Shown: positions 10,854-23,348, counted from the stretch's first letter. The stretch is DNA of 35,603 nucleotides from Priapulus caudatus (GCF_000485595.1 NW_014577067.1:1142840-1178442), one strand, 5' to 3'. Made by a program: numbers and translations. Notes: generated by a model not told the origin, from the letters alone.

Positions 10854-10985
10854 ATGGCTGACGGTGAAGGATCCGGTGAAAATAATAAAAATGTTTGTAA
10901 ATATGGTGCGAAATGTTATCAAAAAGGGGCCAGTCACCGGGAAAAGTTTTCACACCCATCAGTATTAGCTGATAAGAACGCAAAG
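10854..10985 (+). CDS. HPF1: Intact copy of HPF1 exon 1 encoding a PAR-binding zinc finger (PBZ, zf-CCHH), inside the duplicated block
   Basis: MADGEGSGENNKNVCKYGAKCYQKGASHREKFSHPSVLADKNAK matches the PBZ pattern CxYGxxCY-x5-H-x3-F-x-H-P. It ends AAG|gt in phase 0, matching the exon at 6183. Confidence 0.75.
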
Positions 10986-11053
10986 GTCTTATATTTGTTA
11001 TTTTTAATGATTATACTGTAACGACTGTTCTGACAGTCACACTGGTTCAACTT

Positions 11054-11218
11054 CAAGGATAGAGAACATGGGTTCCAATAAAACCAATGTAATTTTCATC
11101 AATATAAAGATAATATTATATCAATATAATAGGTTAGGGTTATGGTTAGGGTTAGGATTAGGGTTAGAGTTGGGGTTAGGCACATTGGTTTTATTGGGAC
11201 CCATGTTCTCTATCCTTG
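11054..11218. mobile_element. Small MITE with internal TTAGGG-like repeats (degraded counterpart at ~2170-2358)
   Basis: Inverted caaggatagagaacatgggttccaataaaaccaatg / cattggttttattgggacccatgttctctatccttg around ggttagggttatggttagggttagg. Confidence 0.75.
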
Positions 11219-11248
11219 GGCCGTCACACTCACAGTCACAGTCCACAG

Positions 11249-11954
11249 TAGACCGAATAATTCTGTCCCATATAACCTTTTTTATATTTTGGTGAGGGTT
11301 ATATTGGGACAGAACGGAGTTCATTGAAATTTCGTGAGATTGCATGCAAAATGCATGCGCTGAGAATGCGGCTCGTACGCCGCTATTGGCGCGAAAAAAA
11401 AACCTACACGGTTCCCTTCTACATGGCTTTACCTTGCCTACTGATATGTGATATCACATTCCTCAATCGTTATTACTCTTTAAAAAGATTGTTTTTCATA
11501 ACACACGCGCTTCAGTAAACCTTTCCTAAATCATACATCGGCATTTACAAAACAATCGACGCAGATTCATGAGCGAGTCTTACAAATAGCCCTGTTCTTG
11601 CTTGTATGCTGTGGCGGCTGCAGGAGGCCTGATAGACTCGCTGTGATTGGTCTGATTGTTTGATAAATGGTCGATGTAATTTTGGAAAGTTGTAACGAAG
11701 CGGTAGTTTTATGAAAACCACATCTTTTAAGAAGTGAATAACGCATTGAATGACATGTATAACATCATCAGTAGCAAGGTATAAAGCCATGTTACGAAGG
11801 GTAACGGTAGGTTTTTTTTCGCGCAATAGCGGCGGTACGGGCGCACGCATTCTCAGCGGCATGCATTTGCATGCGATCTCACGAAATTTCAATGACTCCG
11901 TTCTGCTCCCCAATATAACTTCACATATAAATATTCAGAATTATTTCGGGTCTA
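11249..11954. mobile_element. Copy B of array unit 1
   Basis: Preceded by exact AGTCCACAG at 11240-11248. TAG...CTA ends and long inverted arms. Confidence 0.75.
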
Positions 11955-12485
11955 AGTCCGCACAGTAAACAACCGACCCAGCNNNNNNNNNNTAACTAGC
12001 AACCTCGGCCGCCATTTTGAATTCAAAAATGGCCGCCGTCATTTCTTAAAAATGCTATATCTCGGTTAATAATCTTCGTACAGATTGAAAATTGACTGAC
12101 AGACGTAATTTGGGTTACTATTTCATACAACAACGTGATGCATGTGATCCAAGGCGTTTTTGGCCACCATCTTGGATTCAAATGGCCACCATAAAAATTA
12201 CAAATTAGCAATTTTCCGTTCACGGAAGATATAGAGACGTGAAATTCAGACTGGCGCAGGCTAATAAGCTCTTTCATATAAAACAAGACACACAGTTCCA
12301 ATTATAATTACAGCGGCCATATTAAATTTAACACTGGCCGCATCACGTTGTTACTCTGTTACTTCAAAATGATCAATGACATAGTATAACAGATACAAAC
12401 AAACATGGTAAAAATGTTGAATTACCGGTTTTTCTCAATATATAACAACACAATGCCAAACTGCAATCCCAGTGGTGAGTCGAGA

Positions 12486-12662
12486 GATAATTCAAGACAA
12501 CAAGTTTGTAGTATACAGTACACAAGAACATGCATGGCAACATAATAATACTATTGTCTCGATGAAATGTCTCGATAATCAAGACAACAAGTTGTAGTAT
12601 ACAGTACACAAGAACATGCATGGCAACTAAATAATACTATTGTCTACGAACAAATGTCTCGA
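12486..12662 (+). repeat. ~88-bp tandem duplication
   Basis: gataa(t)tcaagacaacaagt...catgcatggcaac...actattgtct occurs twice in succession. Confidence 0.8.
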
Positions 12663-12751
12663 AACTGCATTGTCCACAAGTTGTCGCAGATTGTTACTCA
12701 GTGCGGTAACTGTACCTGCCACAACCACAATATAGCACTTGTATGGTACAG

Positions 12752-13505
12752 TATAGTATCTGTTATGGGCGTGCGTTATCGCGGGCGTATAGCTATCTGT
12801 TATGTGCGTGCGTGCTTGCGCGCGTATATAGCTACTCTGTATGTGCGTGCGTGCGTGCGTTCTCGCGGGCGTATAGGTATCCTGTTATGTGCGTGCGTGC
12901 TCGCGCGCTGCGTATATAGCTTCTGTTATGTGCGTGCGTGCTCTGCGCGCGTATATAGCTTCTGTATGTGGCGTGCGTTCTCGCGGGCGTATAAGTACTG
13001 TTATGTGCGTGCGTGCTCGCGCGCGTATATAGCTTCTGTTATGTGCGTGCGTTCTCGCGGGCGTATGGCGTACCTGTTATGTGCGTGCGTGCTCGCGCGC
13101 TGTATATAGCTATCTGTTATGTGCGTGCGTGCTTTCTCGCGCGTATAGATATCTGTTATGTGCGTGCGTGCTCGCGCGCGTGCGTTCCGCGCGGCGTATA
13201 GGTACCTGTTATATGCGTGCGTGCTCGCGCGCGTATATACTTCTGTTATGCGCGTGCGTTCGCGCGGGCGTATAGGTACCTGTTATGCGCGTGCGTTCTC
13301 GCGGCGTATAGGTACCTGTTATGTGCATGCGGTGATCGCGGCGTATATAGGTACCTGTTATGTGCGTGCGTGCTCGCGCGCGTATATAGCTTTCTGTTAT
13401 GTGCGTGCGTGCTCGTGCGCGTATATACTATCTGTTATGTACGTGCGTGCGTTCTCGCGGGCGTATAGCTATCTGTTATGTGCGTGCGTGCGTGCTCGCG
13501 CGCGT
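12752..13505 (+). repeat. ~37-38-bp CpG-rich tandem repeat, about 20 copies
   Basis: Unit like gcgtatagctatctgttatgtgcgtgcgtgctcgcgc. Confidence 0.9.
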
Positions 13506-14216
13506 GAGTTTTGAACTGCTTGTGTACACGACGCGTTTACTTGAAAAACGGCACGTTGAAAATGCGTGTTTAGAACTCCACGATAAAATGCGTTTTTCCA
13601 TCGTTTCCAACGCGTGTTGGACACGGCCACGTGTCGACTTGGCCGGCTGGTATTAACCTGCGCCATCTGCAAATTTTCACATCTCTATATCTTCCGTGAA
13701 CGGAAATATTGTTTTAAGTTTTAATTTTTATGGCGGCCATTTTGAATCCAAGATGGTGGCCGAAACACGCTCTGGATCACATGCATCACGTTGTTGTAAT
13801 GAAATAGTAACCCAAATTACGTCTGTCAGTAAATTTTCAAGTCTGTACGAAGATTATTAACGAGATATATGCTATTTTTTTCTTACATGACGGCGGCCAT
13901 TTTAAATTCAAGATAGCGCCGAAAAAGCCCTTGGATCACATGCATCACGTTGTTGTATGAAATAGTAACAAAATTACGTCGTCAGTCAATTTTCAAGTCT
14001 GTACGAAATTTTAACCGAGATATAGCTATTTTTTTAAGAAATGACGGCGGCCATTTTTGAATTCAAGATGGCGGGCCGAAGTTGTAGTTAGATCGCGTGT
14101 GTCCTGTCTTTAAATGAAAGAGCATACAAAGTATGCAAGTGTACCAATTTTCATACTTTTTCCACATTTTGAACGATTTTTTTCTAATCTACAGTACTAA
14201 CCGGCTGCAGTTCTTT

Positions 14217-14579
14217 TCGGATCATCTTCAAATTTGCATGAAGTGCGTTATCGTAAAGCGAAGACGCCAATCGTTTTTGGTGTGGGCGGAGTCATCGTTG
14301 CCATGGTAACAACATTTTTGTCAAAATATTCTAAAACCTGTAACTTCCTCAGTTTTTCCCGATTGTCATTAAATTTATATTTGTAATAAAATTTTATATT
14401 TAATTTATATTAAAATTAAAATTTATAATTTAAAAAAAATTTAAATTTACATTAAAAAAAAAATTAATATCTGTATTAAAATTTAAATTAAAAATTTAAA
14501 AATAAAATCTAAATTTCTATTAAAATTTGATTTAAATTTATATTTAAATTTATGATTGTCATCAAATATATATATATAT

Positions 14580-14637
<58 letters not shown>

Positions 14638-14827
14638 GCACATGTTATGTTGGCCCTGGGTCCCAAATTCCATGACAATCGGGTAAAAACAGCACAAGTT
14701 ATAGGTTCTACAATATTTCCACAAAAATGGTGTTACCATGGCAACGATGACTCCGCCCACACCAAAAACGATTGGCGTCTTCGCTTTACCATAATGCACC
14801 TTCATGCCAAATTTGAAGATGATCCGA
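14217..14827. repeat. ~160-bp inverted repeat pair around an AT-only/(TA)n core
   Basis: 14217-14376 is the reverse complement of 14665-14827 (ttgccatggtaac/gttaccatggcaa, gaagacgccaatcgtttttgg). Confidence 0.85.
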
Positions 14828-15235
14828 GATCGGGTAAAAACTGCCCACCAGGTCACTGCGACCTTTGTTTCACCTTTACCTTGACCTTGATCATATTTCC
14901 TTTCCGCTCTCTAACTCATCTCCTAATTCACCTAGCGCGACCAAACTTGGTATGCTTACACATCTTGGGGAGAAGGTCTGTCGCATATCAAACCATAACT
15001 GCCCTTGACCTTAGTTTGAACTTGACCGTCGACTTACATTTCCTCTTCGGCCTTCTAGGGTAACCAGATTCCATATACTTGCACATCTGAGGCAGACCAG
15101 TTGTCTAACAAACCTTTGTCTTTGTGACTTATTTAACTTTACCTGCCTTCTACGTCCTTACAGAGATATTCCATTCATACTAGATCACGGGGGAATCGGG
15201 GGGATACATGTAGTTGGCGACAACTGCTCGTTTCT
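14828..15235 (+). mobile_element. 3' part of a Helentron/DINE-like element (tentative)
   Basis: Repeated gaccttgacc motifs, a G-run, then the short hairpin agttg-gcga-caact before a T-run. Confidence 0.35.
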
Positions 15236-15463
15236 AATTATAATTTACTTTTGCAATAACAGCAAGTACATGTATTACAATTCGATTGAAATAACTATTT
15301 TAACAAATGCAGTGTGTCAGCAGTAACGAAATCCAGTAACAAATCGAGGGGTAATATAGGGTTTAATTTGCACAGTGGTTCCTACTTTATCTGGCCATGA
15401 AGAAACAGACGCACCACTTGAATGCTATGTCATTGGAAAACAATCCTTGTGCATGTGATTTTA

Positions 15464-15696
15464 GGGATTAACTTTCCCCCAGGCGTAGATGGACGGTCAC
15501 GTGATGTGGCAGCACTAGTGTTAGGATTAGGGTCAGAGTTAGGGTTAAGGAAATAAGGCCATGTCTAGCACGGAAGTATGACTGTGGAATCTTTCTGTGG
15601 AAGATTTGGACTTGAACTTTTGACTGAAGCGTAAGAAGTGACTAGTGCTGCCACGTAACGGCACCGTCCATCTACGCCCGGGGAAAAGTGACACCC
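15464..15696. mobile_element. MULE-like MITE, same family as 5593-5888
   Basis: GGG...CCC ends and ggcgtagatggacggt/accgtccatctacgcc inverted repeats. 9-bp flanks GTGATTTTA/GTAATTTTA. Internal ttagg(g)-like repeats. Confidence 0.75.
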
Positions 15697-15911
15697 GTAA
15701 TTTTACTCAGATAAGTGGCATATTTTCTGCAGAAAAAAAATCAAGTGAACGTAAAATGATCCATAACCTAAACGCGGGCTGTCAACTTTTCAACGAACTG
15801 TGAATATGATGAGCTCCCAAAGCATTTTTACAGCGAAACTATGATTATTGTATGCTGCGTGTATTGTAGGCATACAGTAGGCCTACATGTTATGTTCAGA
15901 TAATTGCGTAA

Positions 15912-16001
15912 TGCCCGGCGCACACGTGAGTTATTTTACTCAAGTAAAATGACGCATGAGTCATTTTACTTGAGTAAAATAACTCTCGTGCGCGCCGGGC
16001 A
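15912..16001. mobile_element. 90-bp palindromic PIF/Harbinger-like MITE with TAA TSD
   Basis: TGCCCGGCGC...GCGCCGGGCA is a near-perfect palindrome. TAA at 15909-15911 and 16002-16004. Confidence 0.75.
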
Positions 16002-17019
16002 TAAGATACAAGTATGTGCAACTGGAAATGTGTTCACTGCTTAATCAGAACACTTTCATGCATGGTTCTTGACCTATCCCAATAAAGCGGGGACCACTGT
16101 ATTATAATCTACTTGCGAGGTACTCATACACTACAATGCAGGATGATAGAAGTTTTTTATTAGTCTCATAATACTTTAGTTTTTATTTACACTTATTCGT
16201 ATACTATGTAAATGTAATTGTCACCACATTAATCATCACCTGTACTTGCAGCCAGAGCTATAACAGTCGATTTGAAATAAGTATATTGTCATCTCAGCCT
16301 CCAAAACTTATATGCAAACTAATCAATTATAAACTGTATATAGGTTTTTCGTTTCCTTTCGTTCCTTCGCCGAGATTTAATCGCTAACGGAATCCGGGTT
16401 GCCTTCTTGTTTCTAATAAATTACTTGGCAGGTGCAGTGCATGTACCGACCTGTGTTTCACTGCATATATGCCGCTACGCTACTGTCACTTAATTGGTCT
16501 TCGGTTGCGTGGTGGCAATACGGGCTACCCAATTTCACACAGATAACAGGCAAGCGTCACATTCAATATATTTATGACAGGAGCGGCATAATTTAGAACA
16601 TGTCGTATGTCGTGACGCCGCTGTCTATAACGTGACCTTTGTGCGGAGTTAGAGGCGCGTGCTCGCGAATTGCATCGGACTCGTATGTCAACAGCGCGCT
16701 CGTAAATTCGCTTCGGTTCCCACCAGAAAGCCAGTGAACTTTGTCTTGGCCGTAGATGGACCAGGAAGAACGATAGGTGCCGATAGGTGTCGCGCGCGTA
16801 GGCGGTGTGTAATGCGCATCTTGATCTTATTGCTCTCACCCGCGGCATAAATATCATTGCTGTTCATCATGTTATTACTCTCATCTCATAGCAGCGACTC
16901 GTGCGTTTCGCACCTGCATCGTCGCATTAGCTCGTAACGCTGGCCTAGTACGAAATACTTTATTATAATAAAAATTAATAATAGGCACTAGGTGGTATAA
17001 TTATTATCTTGGTTAAAAT

Positions 17020-17032
17020 TATATATATATAT

Positions 17033-17094
<62 letters not shown>

Positions 17095-17197
17095 TTAATA
17101 CAATGATCTATCACGTATATTTTATGTTATCATTCACGTACTTCCTATATGTGTCTATTGTAGGAAGTCACTCTTTTCTCTCTCTCTCTGCTCTCTC

Positions 17198-17269
<72 letters not shown>

Positions 17270-17356
17270 CTCTCTCTCTCTCGCGCGCATTCGCTTCATC
17301 TCTCTTCTCTCTCTCTGCTCTCTCGTTTTCTCTCTCTCGCTCTCTCGCTCTTTTCT

Positions 17357-17393
<37 letters not shown>

Positions 17394-17430
17394 CTCTCTT
17401 TCTCGCTCTCTCTCTGGTCTTCTCTCTCTC

Positions 17431-17463
<33 letters not shown>

Positions 17464-17593
17464 CTCTACATCTCTTACTCGTCTCTCTCTCTTTCATCTC
17501 TCTTCGTTCTCTCTTTCTCTCTTCTCGCGCGCCTTCGCTCTCTCTCTCTTCTCTCTCTCTCTGTCTCTCTCTCTTTTTTCTCTCTCTCTCTCT

Positions 17594-17635
<42 letters not shown>
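17020..17635. repeat. (TA)n followed by a long imperfect (CT)n microsatellite
   Basis: Seen directly. Confidence 0.95.
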
Positions 17636-17638
<3 letters not shown>

Positions 17639-17757
17639 TAGCAGTTAACCACGGTTAAACAGCAGTGCGTGACTACTATAGGAATCGCAAACACTTAAGA
17701 GTGTATGCATGCTTGGATGATGTTATTCTAGAGGTTCGATGGCAGAACAAGGAACTG

Positions 17758-17777
17758 GTGTGTGTGTGTGTGTGTGT

Positions 17778-17837
<60 letters not shown>

Positions 17838-17935
17838 TGTGTCTGCGCATGTATGTTCGCGGCTGTGTGTGGGGTGGGACCGTATGCGTCCGTCCGTGCG
17901 TCTGTGTGTGTGCGCGCGTGTGTGCAGGTGTGTGT
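17758..17935. repeat. (GT)n microsatellite
   Basis: Seen directly. Confidence 0.95.
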
Positions 17936-18228
17936 TGGCTAAGCTATTCCGTGTAAGACTTGATGGCGATTTCTATGGGGGCGCACTGACGCGTTCATTC
18001 CGGATTGCATTTGCTCATAGGACATCGGTCACGCCGTGTTAGCCACCTATGTCCCACATTCCCCTCCCCCCGAACTGCTGCCGCGCCGTTTTGCGGTTAC
18101 CTCATGCGTACCACGAGTGTATACTACGGGAGCTAGCGTGCAGCGAAGTAAAAAAATTCCCACCGGACTTACAGCGTCGCTCTTCTCTGTTGACCGATGA
18201 TATTTTGCTTGCCGTGTGTATGCGTAAT

Positions 18229-18620
18229 AGCAGCAGCGGCGGCGGCTGCGGCAGCAGCAGCGGCAGCAGCAACGGCGGCGGCAGCAGCAGCAGCAGTAGT
18301 AGCAGCAGCAGTACCACCACCAGCAGTAGCAGCACCAGCAGTATCAGTAGCAGGGGTAGTGGAATAGTAGAAGTAGTGGCAGCATCCGCAGCAGCAGCAA
18401 CAACATGCAGCAGCTGTAGCAGCAGCTGTAGCACCAGCAAGAGCAGAAATAGCAACAACAGCAGCTGTACGCAGCAGCAGCAAGAACAGCAGTAGCAAAA
18501 ACAACAGCAACCGTAACCACAACAATAACAACAATAACAATAGCAGTAACATCAACAATAACAATAGCAGTAACATCACCATTATCACCATCAGCAGCAG
18601 CAGCAGCAACAGCGGCAACA
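18229..18620. repeat. Mixed (CAG/TAG/CAA)n trinucleotide repeat
   Basis: Seen directly. Confidence 0.9.
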
Positions 18621-18822
18621 GTATGCGCCGGTTTCCTCGGTCAAAGGGCCGATCGCCTAGGTTACGTCTGCGTGCGCCTTGCTCTACGCGTCAATGCAAC
18701 TTCGTGTGCGCACGCGTGCGGGAGCGCATGTGATGCTTTCCGGTCGCCTTCTCGTGAGCGCAAGAAAGTTGCAGGAGCTTTTACTCGAAGAAGAGAGTAT
18801 CACGGTTCGTCAGAGCATGATT

Positions 18823-18892
<70 letters not shown>

Positions 18893-18930
18893 GAGAGACA
18901 GAGAGACAGAGAGACAGAGAGACAGAGAGA
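18823..18930. repeat. (GA)n / (GAGACAGA)n microsatellite
   Basis: Seen directly. Confidence 0.95.
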
Positions 18931-19086
18931 TGCTTGATGATTCTGTAAGATGCCATCTTCAGCTGTAGAATACAAGAAGACTTGTCAATGCACGGGGATG
19001 CTATACGCCAGCATTGAAGAGTTGGAATTTGTGCCGCGAGGCGAGGATATACTTTGAGGAACACGAAATTTCGCACATAAGATAAG

Positions 19087-19116
19087 ATGGAGTGGATGAG
19101 TCCACGAAATTGTAAG
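19087..19116 (+). CDS. Candidate first coding exon (MEWMSPRNCK) of the SGNH-domain gene
   Basis: ATG follows an in-frame stop. The strong AAG|gtaagc donor is phase 0, matching the phase-0 acceptor at 22107. No homology support. Confidence 0.35.
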
Positions 19117-20134
19117 GTAAGCTTACGCGTCCTCGTAGCTTTTCAAGATACTGACCATTGACCTAATTGATCGACGCGGAGAGATTTTTCTTGCGCATAA
19201 ATCAATACGAATCACTGTTAAATTTGAAATTAACGAATTAATTAACGAATACAGACGAATCCCAACAAAGGTGTAATAACATTCTATAAGTTGTTTTGTG
19301 TGATTGGCGCCGTGATGATATTTTTTTACACACACCTCTCCAAGCGTGCTCACCTAAAACACTCCTGTATTTAAAACGACGTCGAGAAAAGGAAAACACA
19401 GAATAGTTACTAATTAAACGTGTTAATCTCTTAAAAATGTGACTGAATACTGACCTACTACACCAAGCAGCAAATTCCACGAACACAACTGTAAAAGTTT
19501 ACACTACAAAATAAACACAACTGTATAGATACGTTTGTGCTAATACTGACTGCATGACATCTATAATAGTTGACACTATACGACAGCACAAAGGTTCTCG
19601 TTATATTTCTCAACATTCTTCTCCATTTGTGTTTACAATTTTATAACCATCCAAACGAGATATAATCCTCATAATATATACCAGCGATTTTCATACATAA
19701 AGAAAATAGTTACGGCTACGCGTAAAACGTATAGGCATGACCCGTTGCGCCGTGCTTGCACGCACAGGTACAGATGTGGGTATTCACGGGGGTCAAGGCA
19801 AAAAAAAGATTTCTGGGCTGCCTCTTTTCACGAATCTGGCACAGATTAACGATAAGCGGTGCTCTCAAGACTTCTACTGACGCAGCCTATCGAACCTATA
19901 TGCAAAGGCGCACGCATCATCGAGTGGCACAGCAGGGGTCGTATTCGGAATGTAGCCTCGTTTTAACGGCTCTTGCACGACAGTTATTTTCTTTAGTTAG
20001 TTGCTTTAAGTTGCCACGATCTCGTGCGCGAACTTCCAAGATCTTAGATAAAAGTTGCAGGTATGATTTCACGCACGTAACTCGGGCACTCGTGCGAGTA
20101 GCACCAAGTTCCACAAAGAACAATAAACCCATAG

Positions 20135-20340
20135 AAACCATATTCAAAAGCAATGATAAAAACATGAACTCCAAGTTGAAAATAAATGAAAAAGCATGAA
20201 TCATGTTCAAAAGAAAAGAAAAACCGAAACCATGTTTAAAAAAAAAGAAACATAATGAACCATGGTCAAAAATTTAGAAGAAAAAACAGGAAACCACGTT
20301 CAAAAAGGCAGAAAAAAACATGAATCATGCTCAAAAGACT
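20135..20340 (+). repeat. Degenerate A-rich ~30-bp tandem repeat
   Basis: Recurring gaa(a/t)ccatgttcaaaa-like core separated by A-runs. Confidence 0.55.
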
Positions 20341-21832
20341 ATGAGAAGCGCCTGATCCTGTTTACCCGAGTGGTAGCTTTATCTGTGTAGCCCCTCGGTG
20401 CTTCGCTACGCACGTAGAGCTGCTTAAGGGGGAGTTTCAGTTGTGTGTGTTTGTGATGAGTGCTTTTGGCATTAACAAAAAACGAGAATCGTAAGCGCCG
20501 GCACGCTAAACGCCAGCAAATAGTATGCGTATATATCCCGGTTTCAATGTCAATGTGAGAGTCCCTTATAATAGAGAGATGCACCTTAAATTGATCCCTA
20601 TATTTACTAACGTTTAAGATATAGAAATTAGTGATTCCGTCGCGCAGGCATTCTCGCCGTACGCGCTGCTCCAAATATAACGAATGTCACATGATTGCTA
20701 TATTTTTCGATTCGTATTGTTCGAGCGTCCGGAAATTCGGGTCAAGTCCGCGCGTTTACCGGAAGTCCGGTCGATCGCACACATTGATACACGCTTGCGA
20801 TCTATATTATTCGTCATCGACGGTCGAAATCGAACGATTTTCGACGTGTGTGGTCATGCACGTGACACGTGTGGTCGGTGTGCTATCACCCTGCGCATAC
20901 AGCGAGGAATGTGGCCGGAAGCAAAACATTTCAACAGTAGTTTGTGCATACTGCTTAAAGATAATGGCACGTGTTTGTGAGGTCAGGTAGAAAATGAACG
21001 CTGATTAGTAGTTGAACGCTAGGCAGTATGCGCGCGAGGCGAAACACTCGGTTCTACATTACTACTTACGTATGCCGGTCGTGATATATAGGGCAATGAG
21101 ATGAGATAGCGCAACAGCACTTTCCCATGCCTGAACTATCGCCTACAGATGCTGCATTCATTTTCACAACTTGTCCCGCATGATGTGGGGCGAGTAGCAT
21201 ACACTACAACCACTTTCATATTTATCTACTACAAACAGCGTAATTTATCTGGCCTATATCTCGCTATAGCATGCTCGTACTAACCGGGTGTATGGGGTTA
21301 TGTTTTCCGTAACTAAGTGGTCTTTGTAGCCGCTGAATCTAACAAAGAGCATTTTCACGTGAAGCGACGTAGAAATGTAAATCAAGACCATTCAAGCGAA
21401 TCTTGCCGTAGTAAATACGATTGGTTATTTTCACAAGTTTAGGCCCAACAGCGTATACGCCACACATCCCATGACGTCATACTCTCGTCACAACTGCGGG
21501 CGCAGACCTGGGGCATGTGAGGGCACGCATGCGTCAAGGTGGTTCTAGTTTTACACACGCACAACGTTCAACTCTTTCAACTTTCTGACTCTAAATAAAT
21601 AATTATTATGAATCGCAGACGCTAATCCACTGACAAAGGTAACTTAATTGTTTTCAGCAAAATACATCATTACAAGTTTAAGCGTCTAAAATGGGTCAGT
21701 TTCGCGCGTGCAATCCAAAGTATTATACTAGTTTGTCGAATACGCCCATGACAATAATGTTAAAAATAGGTTGTTTTGTAAAAAACATGAAGCGCAATAC
21801 TCACTAAAATCCCTAACTTACTGTATTTTGCC

Positions 21833-22060
21833 TTTCGTTATCTATCGTTCGTTCGTTCGTTTGTTCATTTGTTCGTTCGTTCGTTTGTTTATTCATTCGT
21901 TCGTTTGTTCATTTGTTCGTTCGTTCGTTTGTTTATCTGTTCGTTCTTTCATTTGTTTGTTCGTTTATTTGTTCGTTCGTTTGTTCGTTTGTTCGTATAT
22001 TTATTCGTTGGTTGGTTGGTTCGTTGGTTCGTTGGTTCGTACGTTCGTTCGTTCGTACGC
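21833..22060. repeat. (TTCG/TTTG)n tetranucleotide repeat
   Basis: Seen directly. Confidence 0.9.
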
Positions 22061-22106
22061 ATGTGTTGTTATTCGTACTCTTACGTTTTTCTTGTTTTCT
22101 GTTTAG

Positions 22107-23181
22107 AGGAAGGACGATTACCGCGCATCGTTTCCGCATCTAATCCTCCGCCTGTTAATCGTGGTCGCACTGACCGCCGTCCTCATCATCGTATCTTACG
22201 AGAGCGAATCGTCTGTCAAGATTCAAAATCTCGCTCCACGGCCCACGTGTTCTGCGTGCTCGCAACTTCCCGAGCACCGCGTCCCGCAACTAAAGGTAAC
22301 GACGCATGCGCCAGAACTCCTCGAAAATGCTACAGACATTATCGGAACCGCAGCGATGCATTCCCGCGCGGAGCTCGCGTATCCCGGGAACTTCCTGAGA
22401 TACGATGCCGACTACAGTGGCGCCGCGCGACGGACGATCGAACTGCCGCAGGATTACGAAACGCAAGATGGCGGCCGATCATCGCTGTTGTCGATGGCGC
22501 TCGTGCGCGGGCCCCTGCCCGCGGAAAACATGCACGTGACCGACGGCGGTCCGCTACTGCTAAACAACGCCTACGACGCTACGCCGCGAGATGGCGCTGC
22601 GACGGGTCCCGCCGACGAGTGGGGGTTCTTCGTGAAGCAGGGCGGCTACTTCGTGACGTCATCGTGCGGGAACGTGCTCGCCGACATGGTCCACGGAGCG
22701 TGGCGACCGAAGGGAGAGAACGCCACGGCGGCCGACGTCGCCGCCGCCGCGCAACACCGACGCGAGTACCGACGCTACCAGAACGTCGACGCGATACAGA
22801 GATCCGACGGCCGCTGTGGGCGCGGACTCACGACCGACGTCAACCCCGATCTCATGGCGCTGTGCGAACCCGATGGACCGACCCCGTGCTGCCACGAGGG
22901 CCGCTGCAGGAACATGGCGGCTGCCGAATGCCGATGCGAGAGCGGCAATTGTTTCGATCTCAGACGCGAGATATTGGCCGAGCTCGCGTACTGGCAGCCG
23001 CGGGAGAGCACGTGTAAGATGCAGAGATTCTCACCGCGCAAAGCCTGCACGCTGCTGCGCGTCAACGGCGTTCGTTTGGTCGTCATGGGAGACTCGATGC
23101 TGAGGAAGATGTATCAGGCTCTGATGATCATCCTGCGAGACAACGCGCTGACGGGATCACTCGCCGTCAACACACCACCAG
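22107..23181 (+). CDS. Type II membrane SGNH/PC-esterase-like protein, large exon: signal anchor, stem, Cys-rich module, GDS motif
   Basis: ttttctgtttag acceptor and open frame RKDDYRASFPHLILRLLIVVALTAVLIIVSY...DGRCG...CEPDGPTPCC...VVMGDSMLRKMY...NTPP. G|gtatat donor precedes the (CT)n intron. GC-rich coding-like composition. Confidence 0.85.
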
Positions 23182-23207
23182 GTATATATCAGTGTCACGG
23201 TCCACGC

Positions 23208-23213
23208 GCTTCT

Positions 23214-23262
<49 letters not shown>

Positions 23263-23315
23263 TATCTCTCTCTTTTCTGCCTCGCTCTCGTTCTACTTTC
23301 TCCCCCCCCTTTCTT

Positions 23316-23348
<33 letters not shown>

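Larger units (their letters stand above)
9398..11982 (+). repeat. Copy B of the duplication (likely misplaced gap-fill)
   Basis: Same sequence as 374-3146. Both copies stop at the same ccgacccagc, followed by Ns. Confidence 0.9.
11993..14199. mobile_element. Academ-like foldback element with long TIRs and an internal satellite; left tip lost in a gap
   Basis: 11993-12266 is the reverse complement of ~13651-14090 (ggccgccattttgaattcaa, catgtgatcca, ttcacggaagatatagag). The right end terminates ...ctacagtacta. Confidence 0.6.

Noticed and set aside
1925..10985. Scrambled exon order or HPF1 pseudogenisation
   Set aside because: All six core exons are intact. The indel-heavy duplicate blocks ending at gaps are more simply explained by gap-fill error.
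12654..13656. Overlapping Cys/Arg/Tyr-rich ORFs
   Set aside because: They are products of the ~38-bp tandem repeat in several frames.
17037..18975. SL-, ER-, CV- and poly-S/Q ORFs
   Set aside because: These are translations of microsatellites, with no splice or domain support.
21869..23017. 382-aa alternative-frame ORF
   Set aside because: It starts in a TTCG microsatellite and is an Arg-rich shadow of a GC-rich exon.
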